Part shown: positions 1 through 13,292 of the stretch, piece by piece | How positions within the stretch are numbered: the first letter of the stretch is position 1 | Layout: every line of letters starts with the position of its first letter | Source of the DNA: Octopus vulgaris | Taxonomy: Eukaryota | Reading direction: 5' to 3' | Length of the DNA: 64,000 bases | Assembly (NCBI GenBank): GCA_951406725.2 | Contig: OX597818.1 | Coordinates: 103,726,001 to 103,790,000 of the forward strand | The notes under the pieces: model-generated | The model's input: only the letters and a program-made list of their open reading frames with translations | Database searches by the model: none | Told to the model about the DNA's origin: nothing | Made by a program: the position numbers and the translations under genes

Positions 1-182
1 AAGGAACATTGTTCTTTAAACATTAACATTTTAAGAATGTACGTTTTTACATTAAAACAAAGGAAAATTTGGGAAATTGGTATTTATACGTTCTTATGCC
101 ATGAGTTTATTGGTCCCGCCGGCTTGAGATCAAATGTCGGTTGAGATGTGGCCTGTGAACTAAAATGAGTTTGACAACCCTG
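1..182. mobile_element. Right end of a hAT (Charlie-like) MITE, cut by the window edge
   Basis: Ends ...aatgagtttgacaaccctg (reverse complement CAGGGTTGTCAAAC, a Charlie-type TIR), followed by GTATAGAA, a plausible 8-bp TSD. The left end is not visible. Confidence 0.5.
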
Positions 183-388
183 GTATAGAACAACTACCGC
201 ATTGTAAGTTTTCGTAAGTTTCATCGCTAATTTAACATTGTCATATTATGAACTGCATCAACTGTTTGAAACAGAGCCAACAATTTTTATGCTTAGAAAA
301 TTTTATGGCTTAGTAAATTATATAGACCACAATATTTGACAAGTATTTTTTTTTTCTTTTTTACTGACCACAAAAATATGAAATACAA

Positions 389-720
389 ATCTGCCGTAGC
401 GGAATTCGAACTCAGAATATAAAGAACTGAAATAGCTAAGCATTGTATCTGACGCGCAAGCGATTCTACTAGCACGTTATCTACATTCACGTAGCAATTA
501 TCGTTAGTACTGTAGAGACAGAGCCTGAAATTTTCCTGAGTGGTACTGGTCGATGTAATCACTGGTACGTCCTTCATCGAACCCCGAGGATGTAAAGCAA
601 AGTCAAACTAGTTGACATGTGGACACAGAACATAAGGCCAGAGGTATTGACAGAAAATAATCCCAGAAATATTGTCTATGAGCATTCTGTTCGGCGTGTT
701 AACGATTCTGTCAGCACGCC
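389..720 (-). mobile_element. Degenerate tRNA-derived SINE fragments (family A)
   Basis: Reverse complement of the family A head (cgtgctagtagaatcgc...ttctgagttcgaattccgc); a second diverged copy lies at about 540-720. Confidence 0.55.
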
Positions 721-1044
721 ATCTTTATTCCCACAGCATTAATAAATGAAATAACATTACAACCGGATTAATGGAGCCAACAACTCACATATTACATCAT
801 TAAAAGCCATATAAAAACCACATCCATAATCAACCATATGGGATAATATCCAGAAATACGCCACGCATGTGGTAATAATTGTATAGATGTACGAACTCAA
901 GCGTTTGTCGATAAGGAAAAGAACGTGATCATCGGAAATATAAAACTACACAAAATGACATAAACGAATGTAAAACACTTTTTGAATCCTGAATAAACAT
1001 CAATTGTACGATACTTACCAAGTCATAAAAATAAAATTCGCATA

Positions 1045-1424
1045 GGCGCAGGAGTGGCTGTGTGGTAAGTAGCTTGCATACCAACCACATGCGTGGCACC
1101 TTGGACAAGTGTCTTCTACTATAGTCTCGGGCCGACCAAGGCCTTGTGAGTGGATTTGGTAGACGGAAACTGAAAGAAGCCCGTCGTATATATGTATATA
1201 TATATGTGTGCGTGTGTATGTGTGTGTGTCTGTGTTTGTCTTCCGAGCATTGCTTGACAACCGATGCTAGTGTGTTTACGTCACCGTCACTTAGCGGTTC
1301 GGCAAAAGAGACTGATAGAATAAGTACTGGGCTTACAAAGAATAAGTCTCAGGGTCGATTTGCTCAACTAAAGGCGGTTCTCCAGCATGGCCGCAGTCAA
1401 ATGACTGAAACAAGTAAAAAGAGA
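1045..1424 (+). mobile_element. tRNA-derived SINE (family B) with internal microsatellite; B-box region deleted
   Basis: ggcgcaggagtggctgtgtggtaag head and ...gcagtcaaatgactgaaacaagtaaaa tail; colinear with the copy at 36854-37273. Confidence 0.85.
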
Positions 1425-2199
1425 ATATGTCCATGATATCAAAGTGGTCATTAGAGAAAGAACCACACACACTCAGTAATATAAAAGTAGGAAATATAAT
1501 GCAAAATACACATCCACTCCGTCGGTTGTAACGAGGAATTTTCCTACTGATACGATCAACATAACAGCATACTTGCTAGAGAAATAAATGAGCAAGTGGA
1601 TGAGCCCTCCACATATACGCGTACAATTAACGTACTTCTCTAGGATATAGAATATGAAGGAAATGTGACAAAGGATGGTCATTTCAAATGCAAGTGCAAC
1701 TCATATTTGCAAGCTCAATGAACTGCAGCAAGGTAACATAATTTTGAATGTATGTAGGTATGCATGCAGGTACGTATGTATGTATGTATGTATGTAGGTA
1801 GGTAGGTAGGTAGGTAGGTAGGTAGCTAGGAAGGATGATAGGTTGCTAGGTAGGTAGGTAGGTTGGTACGTATATGTCCCTAATACAGACTGGACGAAAG
1901 TTTCTAGTTAACTGCGTCTTTCGCCGAGCTTAGTAACTAAGCTGATAGCAGAGTTGGTTAATGGTCGAATCGATTAATGTCAGTTTGTTTCCTAATGCCT
2001 TGAGACAGAAACGCATTGCAGACTCTCGTTTTGTAGCTTATACAAATTTCCTGCGTTGTATATAATCTCCAAATCACGCTAGACTTGAAGAAATAACTTT
2101 GTAATCACATGATATATTATGAACAGGGCCGTTCTTTACTTAAGCTTCAACAGCTTCACCCGTGCAAGGTACATAGGAATTTGTCCTTTATGCTGGTTG

Positions 2200-3900
2200 G
2201 ATCTAGTGTGAGGGTCAGTGATTTCTCGTTCCGCAGACTTCTTGTGACCGTTGATATTAAAGCCATTAATAATACACTTGAACTGAATCGAATCAGAATC
2301 GGTAGGAATGCTATAATCAAAGTGGGTGTTTTAAAATGCCGATAATGTGTGTGGGTCAGGAAGGTGGGTAAAGGTTATTTGGGGTCAGAAGATGACGATA
2401 CGAGAATGTCAGATGTACTATCCTGAAGGTTACTTAAAATCAGCCAATTTGGAAAAAACTGGCATTATAAGACCGGAATAGAAAGTAAAGGGTTGGATTG
2501 TAACCTGTTGAGGGGAAGCTATAGCGCAGAGAGCATTGTAAGATATTCGGCTGAGGTGTTTCCTACATATTGACTAATATTTCTGTGCGTATATCAAAAT
2601 ACCGTCTAATGAGGTAACCTAACATCTGAAATGACCGTGAGACTCTCGCTGATTGCTGATGTGTGTGACATTATTTGCTAGATATGTATAATGCTTACAT
2701 GTGTGCTTTAGAAAGTGATAAGATTAATAATTTCATATAGATGGAGGCTTTAAATGTCTATATTCGTGGTATCATGACGAGCTTGGTATTTCATTTGAAG
2801 GATGAATGCTCATAACAGAAAGTTTAAAATGCTATGTGCGTAAGAAGGGAGGAAACCTTTTTAGTATGAGTCAGCATAGGCAATTCATGGATGGAAGGAA
2901 GTACAAAACCGATATCTTCGGCGACCAGTTTAAAAAGAGTGGCAACATGAAAGCATAGCATAATTGTCCGACCTGATATGAGTGAGTCAACAGAAAATTT
3001 CGAGAATCATAGCGGTTATCGATGTGCAGTTACGATAACGAATTTGCAGGCCTGATATCATGGAAAGCTGTGTTGACATCAATGGTAGTGATGTTGCTTT
3101 CAAGAAATTTGCATAAAGTGAAAACTCTATTGTAGCTAAACTTACGCATAATCATTCCTCATTAAAATGGAATAAAGATCGAGAGGAAGAAATAGATAGT
3201 GCGGGGGAAAGAGAAAGAACGCGCGCGAGAGAGAGATATATATACAACGTCGCTGTTGAGAACTGTCTTCAATACCAGAAGAAAGGTTAAGTTATGATGT
3301 ATATGGAGTAATTGCAACACATTAATAATCTAGTGAACCGATACTTGCGAAATCCCTGTTATGTTTCGAAATGAGGAATATATCAGTGGCATATGGTATG
3401 CTTTTGCGCGGAAGACCCCTAATGAGTTATTACTGAGAATTAAGGATGACAAAACATTCGCCTTTTCTCTATTATGTCTCACAGTCAATAATGCAAACAA
3501 CGTGTGAGTGGCAAACTATTATGAGCTTTTAAGTCAACGAGGAAGAGTATTTCGGTCAGAGGTGAGATACGCGTTTAGAAAGAAGATGTAACTGAAGATT
3601 TACTTCGGAGGTAGGAGCCGATATGACTGTGTAGAGCATGGAAATGAAACTTTGAATGAGAGAAATAGGTAGCCATTTTGTTAATACCCATGTGAGAGAG
3701 TTGGTTAATATGGAAAGAGGGGTCCACATACATACAAGTAATGCCTTTCGGAGTGAGGACTGAGTAAATTGACCATCTCGTCGAGCGGAGATACACAATA
3801 AACAAGGGTGGATACTTTTGTCTCTAAGAGGGGAACAAATCTTGTCGAATGTACGTAGGAAAGGGATGATGAGTTTAATCTAGGATTAATGATGCTTGCG
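2200..3900. pseudogene. Heavily decayed retroelement (probably PLE) RT/thumb remnants
   Basis: Only weak motif echoes, e.g. DFSFRRLLVTVDIKA on plus (like RT motif A, LFTMDIKS) and thumb-like fragments on minus. Many stops. Confidence 0.3.
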
Positions 3901-3923
3901 GTTTTTGGATAAAAGGAAAGAAA

Positions 3924-5838
3924 ATTGTCTTCTCTTATTTATAATCTTCAGGAAACCTAAATGGTCACTGTTTCTATAGCACAACGTAAAACTCCATCAG
4001 AAGGTTAGTCACTTTGCTTGCAACACAACGAAATCCAATAAATGCACCATCGAGTCAGAGGGCAAAATCAAACCTATGTGTGTGAGGGAGAATATTCCCA
4101 AGAGACGGAAGAAATACTGACGCCTGTAAATCATTATAACAAAACTGCATGCGGTTGACAGCAAACATAACTGTAGGTCCATTCCTACACTGATTTTGCA
4201 ATAGGAGTAGTAAACACGAAATTGCATGGAGGAATTTCAACCGTGTTTTGTGGTCTGCTACCACAACAGCTCCTTTATTGGATCCAGTTAGCTCAAGACA
4301 TCATCACGAGGAACGACGTCCGGTTTCAGCCCCTACTCCTCTACCGTTTTGAGGCCCCCCACCCCTTTCGGAGGTGTCTTCGGCTCTGGTCTTAGGTGCA
4401 TGTCTTCTTTCTTCTTCTTTCTTCTGTTCCCTGGCCTCTTCGATGTAGCGTCAACGAGTGTCAGCCGGCGACTGACTGACTTGTCAAATTTTTTCCTTTA
4501 AATAGCTGCTGCTAGGCTCCAGCAGGCAGCCCCAGCAAGTTGTTACGTGACACTGTCTCAACTTTAACTGACCAATGAAGGCACGTAGTCTTAGCCCACA
4601 CATTCTCTAAACGACTGTCACCTGTCAGTCAGCGAAGCTAATTCAGTGTCAGCTTGTCTCACCTAGTGCTGTCATTTTCCGCCGGCATGTTATGACTTTC
4701 AAGCCATTTTTGGTCTTCCCGCTTCAGCCATATATAGAAGCTTTTTTTTTTTTACCGCCTACTGAACTCTCATGAATTGTATTTTCGCCAGATGCCTGAA
4801 ATTTGTGGAGGGGGATTACATCGAACGCAATGCTTAACCTGCTACTTAATTTATCGAACGGGGGAGGATGAAAAGAAAAATCGAACTTAGCGGAATTTGA
4901 ACTCAGAATGGACAAACCTGACGAAATACCACTAATCATTTTGATAGCTCACCGACAATATTATGTGTTTCTTTATTACCGACAAGGGGCTAAACATAGA
5001 GGGGGCAAACAAGGACAGACAGACTGATTAAGTCGATTACATCGACCCCAGTGCGTGACTGGTACTTAATTTATCGACCCTGAAAGGATGAAAGGCAAAG
5101 TCGACCTCGGCGGAATTTGAACTCAAAACGTAGCGGCAGACGGAATACGGCTACGCATTTCGCCCGGCGTGCTAACGTTTCTGCCAGCTTGCCGCCTTCT
5201 ATTTATGTATGTATATATGTATTTATGCATGTACGTTTGTATGTATGTATGTTCAGCGTATTAATTAAATATCAGGAATATTATAGGAAATATAATAATT
5301 TCTTGTAATGTAAATGCTGCATGACCATTATAAATCTAACATTTATTATAGCACATTGCAGACTTTATCAGCCTCCTTACGTAAAATGTTTATAACATAT
5401 TTAATTACTCATATCTGCGCAGGTTTCAAATCGGAAATATTGTTGCACCCAAAATATTGCTATTACTATGAACGTTGAAGATGATCGTACGTTTCCAAAT
5501 TTGTAGGATACACATCCAAACAGTAACATTACTACTACTACTACTACTACTATTGCAAAACAAAATCATTGTAGGAATCGACTTACAGAACTGTTTGTTG
5601 TCAACCGCATGTTGTTTTGTTATAATGATTTAGAGGCGTCAGTATTTCTTACGTCTCTTGGGGAAATTCTCCCTCACACACACAGGTTTAATTTTGCCCT
5701 CTGACGCGAGAGTGCATTTATTGGATTTCGTTGTGTTGCAAGCAAAGGGACTAGCCTTCTCATAGAGCTTTACGTTAAGCTATGGAAACACAGTCACCAT
5801 TTAAGTTTCCTGAAGATTTTAAATAAGAGAAGACAATT
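3924..5838. repeat. About 290-bp diverged inverted repeat pair (3924-4212 and ~5540-5838)
   Basis: aattgtcttctcttattt.taatcttcaggaaac...gattttgcaatag aligns along its whole length with the reverse complement of 5540-5838. Confidence 0.85.
4968..5196 (-). mobile_element. tRNA-derived SINE (family A), full monomer
   Basis: Minus strand reads ggcggcaagctggcagaaacgttagcacgccgggcg (A box)...gagttcaaattcc (B box)...gtaataaagaaac. Confidence 0.85.
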
Positions 5839-6080
5839 GCGGTAGATTGCTTGGCACGGTTTGTTGCCGTGTTAACGCAAAGTAGTCAGGAAGATGTGTG
5901 TGTGTATGCCTCCAACCTGGACTTTCACGATACCCTTAAAGCCAGGAACATTTCAGCACCACTTCATGTATGTATATATATATATTTATATATATTTGAA
6001 ATCAGTTAATGTATTACACTAGAATCCTTATATGTTTACAACAGCTAGATAGGCATCTCCAACTGGCAGGCCATGCAGCT

Positions 6081-6121
6081 CCAGACTGATGACGAGCAAA
6101 GACTCAGAAACCAGTCTCTGG
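6081..6121 (+). ncRNA. Minimal type-I hammerhead ribozyme motif
   Basis: CCAGA-CTGATGA-cGAGcaaagaCTCa-GAAAC-ca-GTC-TCTGG: stem I CCAGA/TCTGG, intact core, GUC cleavage triplet. The first stem II pair is a C-A mismatch. Confidence 0.75.
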
Positions 6122-6447
6122 CTGTTGTTTAGTTTCCAATTCATTCTACATTATGGGATGAGGTAAATGGCTCGTGGTTTCGATTCCTGGACTTTGTAAG
6201 CAAAACACTTGATTTCACGTTGTTCCAGTCGTCTCAGCTGCCTAAAATCAATAATCGTGTGACTGTCCGGAGTCTCCTCCATGTGGGGAAAATAAACGTA
6301 TCAGTATTCAGGAAACCGTCCATACGATCCTCATGAAAAGCCTCTGCTGTTTTTCTATTTTTCTTAATCCTTGGTAGAGGGATTATTTTAGACACAATGA
6401 CTATCGCATATTTTGTTTCAGAGGTAAATATTTACAAAGATTAAAGG

Positions 6448-6990
6448 GGCGAGCTGGCAGAAACGTTAGCACGCGCCGGGTGAAATGCTTACCGGTATTT
6501 CGTCTGCCGTTACGTTCTGAGTTCAAATTCCACCGAGGTCGACTTTGCCTTTCATCCTTTCGGGGTCGATTAAATAAGTAGCATTTAATCTGTTTGTCTG
6601 TCCTTGTTTGTCCTCTCTGTGTTTAGCCCCTTGTGGATAGTAAAGAAATAGGTATTTCGTCTGCCGTTACGTTCTGAGTTCAAATTCCACCGAGGTCGAC
6701 TTTGCCTTTCATCCTTTCGGGGTCGATTAAATAAGTAGCATTTACGCACTGGGGTCGATATAATCGACTTAATCCGTTTGTCTGTCCTTGTTTGTCCTCT
6801 CTGTGTTTAGCCCCTTGTGGATAGTAAAGAAATAGGTATTTCGACCGTCTTTAGGTTCTGGGTTCAAATTCCACCGATGTCGATTTTGCCTTTCATCCTT
6901 GCGGGGAAGGAGCACTGAGATCGATATAATCAACTTATCTACATTCCAAAAAATGCTGGCCTTGTGCCAAAATTTGAACCCTATTTTCGA
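6448..6990 (+). mobile_element. SINE family A, three-unit head-to-tail multimer
   Basis: A-box/B-box head, then units restarting at ggtatttcg near 6651 and 6835. Confidence 0.85.
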
Positions 6991-8226
6991 ATGGGATATT
7001 GAGATCTGGTTCTTTTTATATAACCTGTGAAATTTAACTCGAAAACCGTGTATGTGCACACATGCTGAGGTAGGCACGCAACTATAAGTATGAGTCCGTG
7101 TGTGTGTGTGACTCCGTGTGTATTAGTTTGAGAGAAAGAGAGAGGAAGGGGAGAAGGAGTGTGTGTGTCGGTGGTATGTTGTGTAACGTATTTTAACATC
7201 CTTGGAAGCGGAAATGAGTAGTATTCGAATATCCTAAAATAACCAAAGAATTCAAAGTGAGTAGCCGGAGAAAAAGTCAACAGATTTTCTTGTAAATGTT
7301 TCTGAAATTGGACATCGTTTTATATTTTGTAGAATTGGATACCAAAAATGTTTCACACCTGCAATATAATAGTTTAATCGATAGTCAAGTTTTCAGCCTC
7401 CTTTAGCTACAAGTCATCACGCTGATGTATCAAATAGTTCAACATATATATATTGATCAATATAATTACTATTTCACTGAAGAAAAAATGAAGTTTTAAT
7501 AATATATAGCTAGCCAGAGAAAAACAATAAAAACAACGACGGTGTAGAAAATCATCAAAATATAGACAAAATAGAATAATAACATATATACAAGCAATGT
7601 TTAGATATGTATATGGCTGGAGAGTTCGAAATGTAACAGTTATAATTACCTGACTTAGTACAATTCAAAGTAACTCGATGCGACCGATAGTTCAAAGAAA
7701 TACAGACAGATGTAGTAGACATGAAAAGGAAAGTAGATTAACACCGCCATGGTTATTAGAAAAAGTTGACAAATACATTTACACATACTTACACAGCCAA
7801 ACACACACCAACATATATGTATGCATATTTATGAGTATGTGTCTGCGTATCTACATACCTACATACATATATGTGGATATCTACATATATATATATTCTT
7901 TATACATTCTTTATACCGATCTATTTCCGAAACGCGTACATGGGTAATCAAATATCGATTGATTTTTGTTATTTTTCCTCTCTGCCTGCGTGGATTGTTT
8001 TCGAGTACTTTGTTTTTTTCGGGAGTTTCTTTTTAAAGTAGAAGAAATAGCTAAGGTTCTTTGGCTGCTATTTCTAAACTTCGGTATGTGGTAAAGCAGA
8101 TCTTTGCTGAACCCTAATTATAAAGTATTACTTAAGTTTACCGTGAAATGGTCCGTTTTCATGCCGAATTCTACTTGGTGAAATTATTGATTACTAGTTA
8201 ATTAATTAATTTTACCCTTTGTTATT

Positions 8227-8273
<47 letters not shown>

Positions 8274-8847
8274 AAAGCAAAATAATATATAAAACATATG
8301 CATATATACATACATATATGTACATACCTACATCTATATGTATATATACATGTATATATGAGTACAGGACACCCCAAAAAAAAAACGTTGAACACAATGA
8401 GAAACGAAAGCATAAAAGCAAAAACATGGAAACGAACTTTTTTCAAACAACGAAAAAACTGAGTACAAGATACAACACAAGTAATATTCCCCTTTTTCAG
8501 TTGCCCCTGTTTCGGCTACTCCGCGTATACATACATATACAAAAGTGATTGGTATTGCGATAGAGTAGTTCTATATCTTACTGGAGCACATAAGAGGCCT
8601 AATGACATGATTTATGAAGGTGCGGACTTCAGTGTTTTAGGTGTTGCAATCGTTGTCATAAGATGGTGGTTTGCATTCCTGGAACTGGCGTTGCGTTGAG
8701 TGCTTGTGCGAAATATTCCCTTTCATATTGCTCCAATGCACTCAGCCTGCAACGAATAGGAGATATTACGCCCTGCAATCTGGGAAACCAGCTATATATG
8801 ACAAAGTTTCGGGAAGGAGGTTTATTCTTTTTTGAGAGCATAGTGCC

Positions 8848-11220
8848 TTCAATTCGATCAACTATCCATTAGCAAAAATTCGATCAACTGTCCACTGATC
8901 TAAATTCGATCAACTGTCTACTTGTGAAAATTCGATCAACTGTGCACTAGCAAAAATTCGATCAACTGTTCACTAGCAAAAGTTCGATCAACTGCCCACG
9001 GGTGTAAATTTAATCAACTGTTTAATTGTGCAAATTCGATAAATTGTCCACTGATGTAAATTCGATCTACTGTCCACTAGCAAAAATTCGATCAACTATC
9101 CACTGGTCAAAATTCGATTAACTGTCCACTGGTGTAAATATGATCAACTGTCTACATTTGCAAATTCGATCAACTGTCCACTGGTGTAAAGTTGATCAAC
9201 TGTCTACTTGTGCTTTTCAGTCAATTGTCCACTAACGAAAAGTCTATCAACTGTACACTGATCTAAATTCGATCAAATGTCCACTGGACTAAATTCGATC
9301 AACTGGGCACTAGCGAAAATTCGATCAACTGTTCACTAGAAAAAATTCGATCAACTATCCACTGGTCTAAATTCGATCAAATGTCCAAGAATGTAAATTC
9401 GATCAACAATTTACACTAGTGGACAGTTGATCAACAATTTACACTAGTGGACAGTTGATCGAATTTAGACCTGGTCAGTTGATCGAACTTATACCAGTGG
9501 ACAGTTCATCGAATTTACACCAGTGGACAGTTGATCGAATTTAGACCAGTGGACAGTTGATCGAATTTACACTAGTGTGCAATTGATCAAATTTACACCA
9601 GTGGACAGTTGATAGAATTTGGAAAAGTAGACAGTTGATCGAATTTACACTCTTGGACATTTGATCGAATTTAGACCAGTGGACAGTTGATCGAATTTTC
9701 GCTAGTGGACAGGTGAAAATTCGATCAGCTGTCCACTGGTCTAAATTCGATCATCTATCCACTGGTCTAAATTCGATCAACTGTCCACCGGTCTAAATTC
9801 GATCAACTGTCCACTGGTCTAAATTCGATCAACTGTCTACTTGTGTAAATTCGATCAACTGTCCACTAGCTAAAATTCGATCAACTGTTCATTAGAAAAC
9901 ATTTTATCAACTGTCCACTAGTGTAAATTCGAGCGACTGTCTACTTTTGCTAATTCGATCAACTGTCCACTGGTTCAAATTCGATCAACTGTCCACTTGT
10001 CTAAATTCGATCAACTGTCCACTTGTCTAAATTCGATCAACTGTCCACTGGTGTAAATTTCATCAATTGTCCACTGATCTAAATTCGATCAACTGTCCAC
10101 TGGTCTAAATTCGATCAACTATCTACTTGTGAAAATTCGATCAACTGTCCACTAGCGAAAATTCGATCAACTCTACACTAGAGAGAATTCGATCAACTGT
10201 TTATAGTGCTATTGCATGGATATACAGCTGCGTGCGTGCGCATATACACGCGAATACTGTCCAAATCTCCGACCAATCACATACAGCTAGCTGGCGTTCA
10301 ATTGGCGTATCAAGTTTCGGGCATTTTGTTTGGGTTTTGGATAGAAAATTCACCAAAAAGTCACTTCTAATGATTTTTGAATGGCTTTGCGGGGTGACTG
10401 GGGAAATGTAAAGATGTGCACGACCACCTTTGAACGGTTTTGAATGACCACAGAAAGTGCGAGCCCTCTAACTGAAAAATTTTGGATTTGTATGAAGGAT
10501 ACTGTCCACCGGTGTAAATTTGATCAACTGTCTTCTTGTGCATTTCAATCGTCCACTAACTAAAATTTGATCATCTGTCCACTGGTCTAAATTCGATAAA
10601 CTGTCCATTAGCAAAAATTCGATCAATTGTCCACTGATCGAATTTCGATCAACTGTCCACTAGTCTAATTTCGATCAACTGTCCACTGGTGTAAATTCGA
10701 TCAACTGTCCACTTGCGAAAATTCGATCAACTGTCCACTAGCGAAAATTCGATCAACTGTCTACTTGTGTAAATTCGATCAACTGTCCACTAGCGAAAAT
10801 TCGATCAACTCTTCACTAGCAAAAATTCCTTCAACTGTCCTCTGGTCTAAATTCGATCAACTTTTCACTGGTCAAAATTCGATCAACTGTCTACTTGTGA
10901 AAGTCGATCAACTGTCCACTGGTCTAATTTCGATCAACTGTCCACTGGTGTAAATTTGATCGACTGTCTACTTGTGCATTTCAATCAATTGTCCACTAGC
11001 GAAAACTCGATCAACTGTTCAATGGTATAAATTCGATCAACTGTCCAGTGGTCTAAATTCGATCAACTGTCCACTGGTCCAAATTCGATCAACTTGCTAC
11101 TAGTGCAAATTCGATCAATCGTCCTCTAGCAAAAATTCAAACAACTGTCCCCTAGCGAAAATTCGATCAACTGTCCCCTAGCGAACATTTGATCAATTGT
11201 CCACTAGCGAAAATGCCATC
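8848..11220. repeat. 26-bp tandem satellite (consensus about AAATTCGATCAACTGTCCACTGGTCT) with an inverted block and an interrupting Helitron fragment
   Basis: Dozens of units; orientation reversed at about 9410-9715; non-satellite insert at about 10200-10500. Confidence 0.95.
10202..10502 (-). mobile_element. Internal fragment of the Helitron family seen at 18377-18735
   Basis: atagtgcta.tgcat..atatacagctgcgtgcgtgcgca...gtgcgagccctctaactgaaaaatt.tggattt matches 18406-18695; both termini are missing. Confidence 0.85.
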
Positions 11221-11777
11221 TGCCTGTAAAACTTAGTATGAATTCTAAATATATATGATTAACCATATTGATGTGAGGAAGAGATATACTATAAAGAAAA
11301 TATAAATTAAGAATTGGGTAGTTGGTCTTTTGAGAAAAATGTGTAGTGCAGTGATATATTTAGGGTAGAAGACATGAGAATTAGGAAGGAAGGAAATTTC
11401 TAACTTTTCAGGCAATGTATCTATTCGATAGACTTATATAAGACTTTCAATTGTGCATATTTCGCATAGGATTTAGATTCAAAATAGTTGTAGGTGTTAA
11501 TTACAGTGATTGTTCTGGGCCTTGAGATTTTAGGGTATGTCTGTATTTATATCCGCTGTGTCTTTTCAATTTATCGTTTGTGGAATTTTGGTGCGGAAAA
11601 GCAGGAACGATTGTATAAAGTGGATGTGAGACTAGCCTGACAGATCATGTTGAGTAATTGCTGGACAAATTTAAGTATAGCTCTGATCAAGCAGATTCAA
11701 CTTAGGACTACACAAGAGGTAAGCACGCAGAGGCTCGCACACTCACGCACACGCACACGCACATACACAGTACAAAT

Positions 11778-11808
<31 letters not shown>

Positions 11809-12146
11809 TAAATTTGATTCAAAAACACTGTATAGACTCGATATTGGGAATGATCAAATTTAAATACTGTTGGATTTTACTCATCAAATATTGGGATCTT
11901 AAATATATACCATTTTACCTTAAAAATGGATTTACAAATTTAATATCCCTACATATCTCACATATAACTATTTTCGTCTCTCCACCTCACTCTCTATTTT
12001 GTATCATATCTAAATTAATTATTACTTAACTATTCTCTCACACCGTCTTCGATTAAGGGCATAATAAATATTCTAGAAACAGCAGTAAGACCTTCTATCT
12101 ATAAATGTTTTAAAATCTACACACCCATGGTTTTTTATCTCATTAC

Positions 12147-12187
<41 letters not shown>

Positions 12188-12189
<2 letters not shown>

Positions 12190-12345
12190 CGAAGGAGTAT
12201 CTGTGTGGTAAGAAAATTACTGCCACCCACCTCGTTTCTGTTGCACTGAATGGTACCGTGGGCAAGTATCTTCGGGTAATGTCTCAGGCCGGCCTCACCC
12301 TTCTGAGTGGATTTGGTAGACGGAAACTGAAATAAGCCTGTCGTA
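12188..12345 (+). mobile_element. SINE family B, 5' half
   Basis: ggcgaaggagtatctgtgtggtaag...gagtggatttggtagacggaaactgaaa. Confidence 0.7.
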
Positions 12346-12477
12346 CAGATATATATATATATATATATATATTTGATAGAAATGGTAAGACAACAAAACA
12401 ATGAAAGGGACCTCGATATTATGTAAATAGAGGAATTTATCTGTAAATATTATATGTGAAAATTATTCGGTAGCCAT

Positions 12478-12538
12478 GATAAAACTCTGAGTTTCGGATG
12501 TCTGGGTGGAAACCCATGCGGGCATCTCTTCAGTTATC
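12478..12538 (-). ncRNA. Type-I hammerhead motif in a (TA)n-anchored PLE-tail-like repeat (family shared with 33973 and 48028)
   Basis: Minus strand: GATAA-CTGAAGA-GATG...CATC-c-GAAAC-tcaga-GTT-TTATC. The flank 12372-12480 is homologous to 47925-48030. Confidence 0.7.
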
Positions 12539-12949
12539 GGGCAATCGAAAAAATGCTATGAGTGTTATATATTGGACTGAACACACAAACACACTCGGGT
12601 GTGTGTCTGTGTGTGTAAGTGTGCGTTAACAAAACGAAAGGTATTAGAAATTCACTTATGAAATACCAAGTCCTGTGTTTGATTCCACAAGACATCGTAA
12701 CCATAGACTACTGTTCACCGATGTCTTGTAACCGTATCCCCCACTGAATTACCATGTAAAGTCACCGATAAGCTTTACGCAGTTGAACGAAAATGTGAAT
12801 AGTTATAATCTATAACGACGGAGATCTATTTCATATGCTGTATACATATCATTATATAAACAAATAAATAACAATTCATATATGTATTCAGATACGCTTA
12901 TATGCATATGCACCCTACGCACACATGCATACATGCATACATACATACA

Positions 12950-12986
<37 letters not shown>

Positions 12987-13209
12987 CAAAGTGGAGTTGT
13001 ATATATATATATATATACACACATATATATACATATGCAAATATATATGCATATATACATGCATGTATGTAAGTATATATATATGTATATATATATGAAT
13101 ATTTATTTATATATACATATATATATATATATGCATATATGTATGTAAGTATATATATATGTTTATATATATATGCATATATATATATGTATATATACAT
13201 ATATATGTG

Positions 13210-13292
<83 letters not shown>

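Noticed and set aside
8848-11220. CRISPR-like array
   Set aside because: The variable part is only about 5-7 nt and recurs; there are no unique spacers or cas genes, and the context is eukaryotic. It is a satellite.
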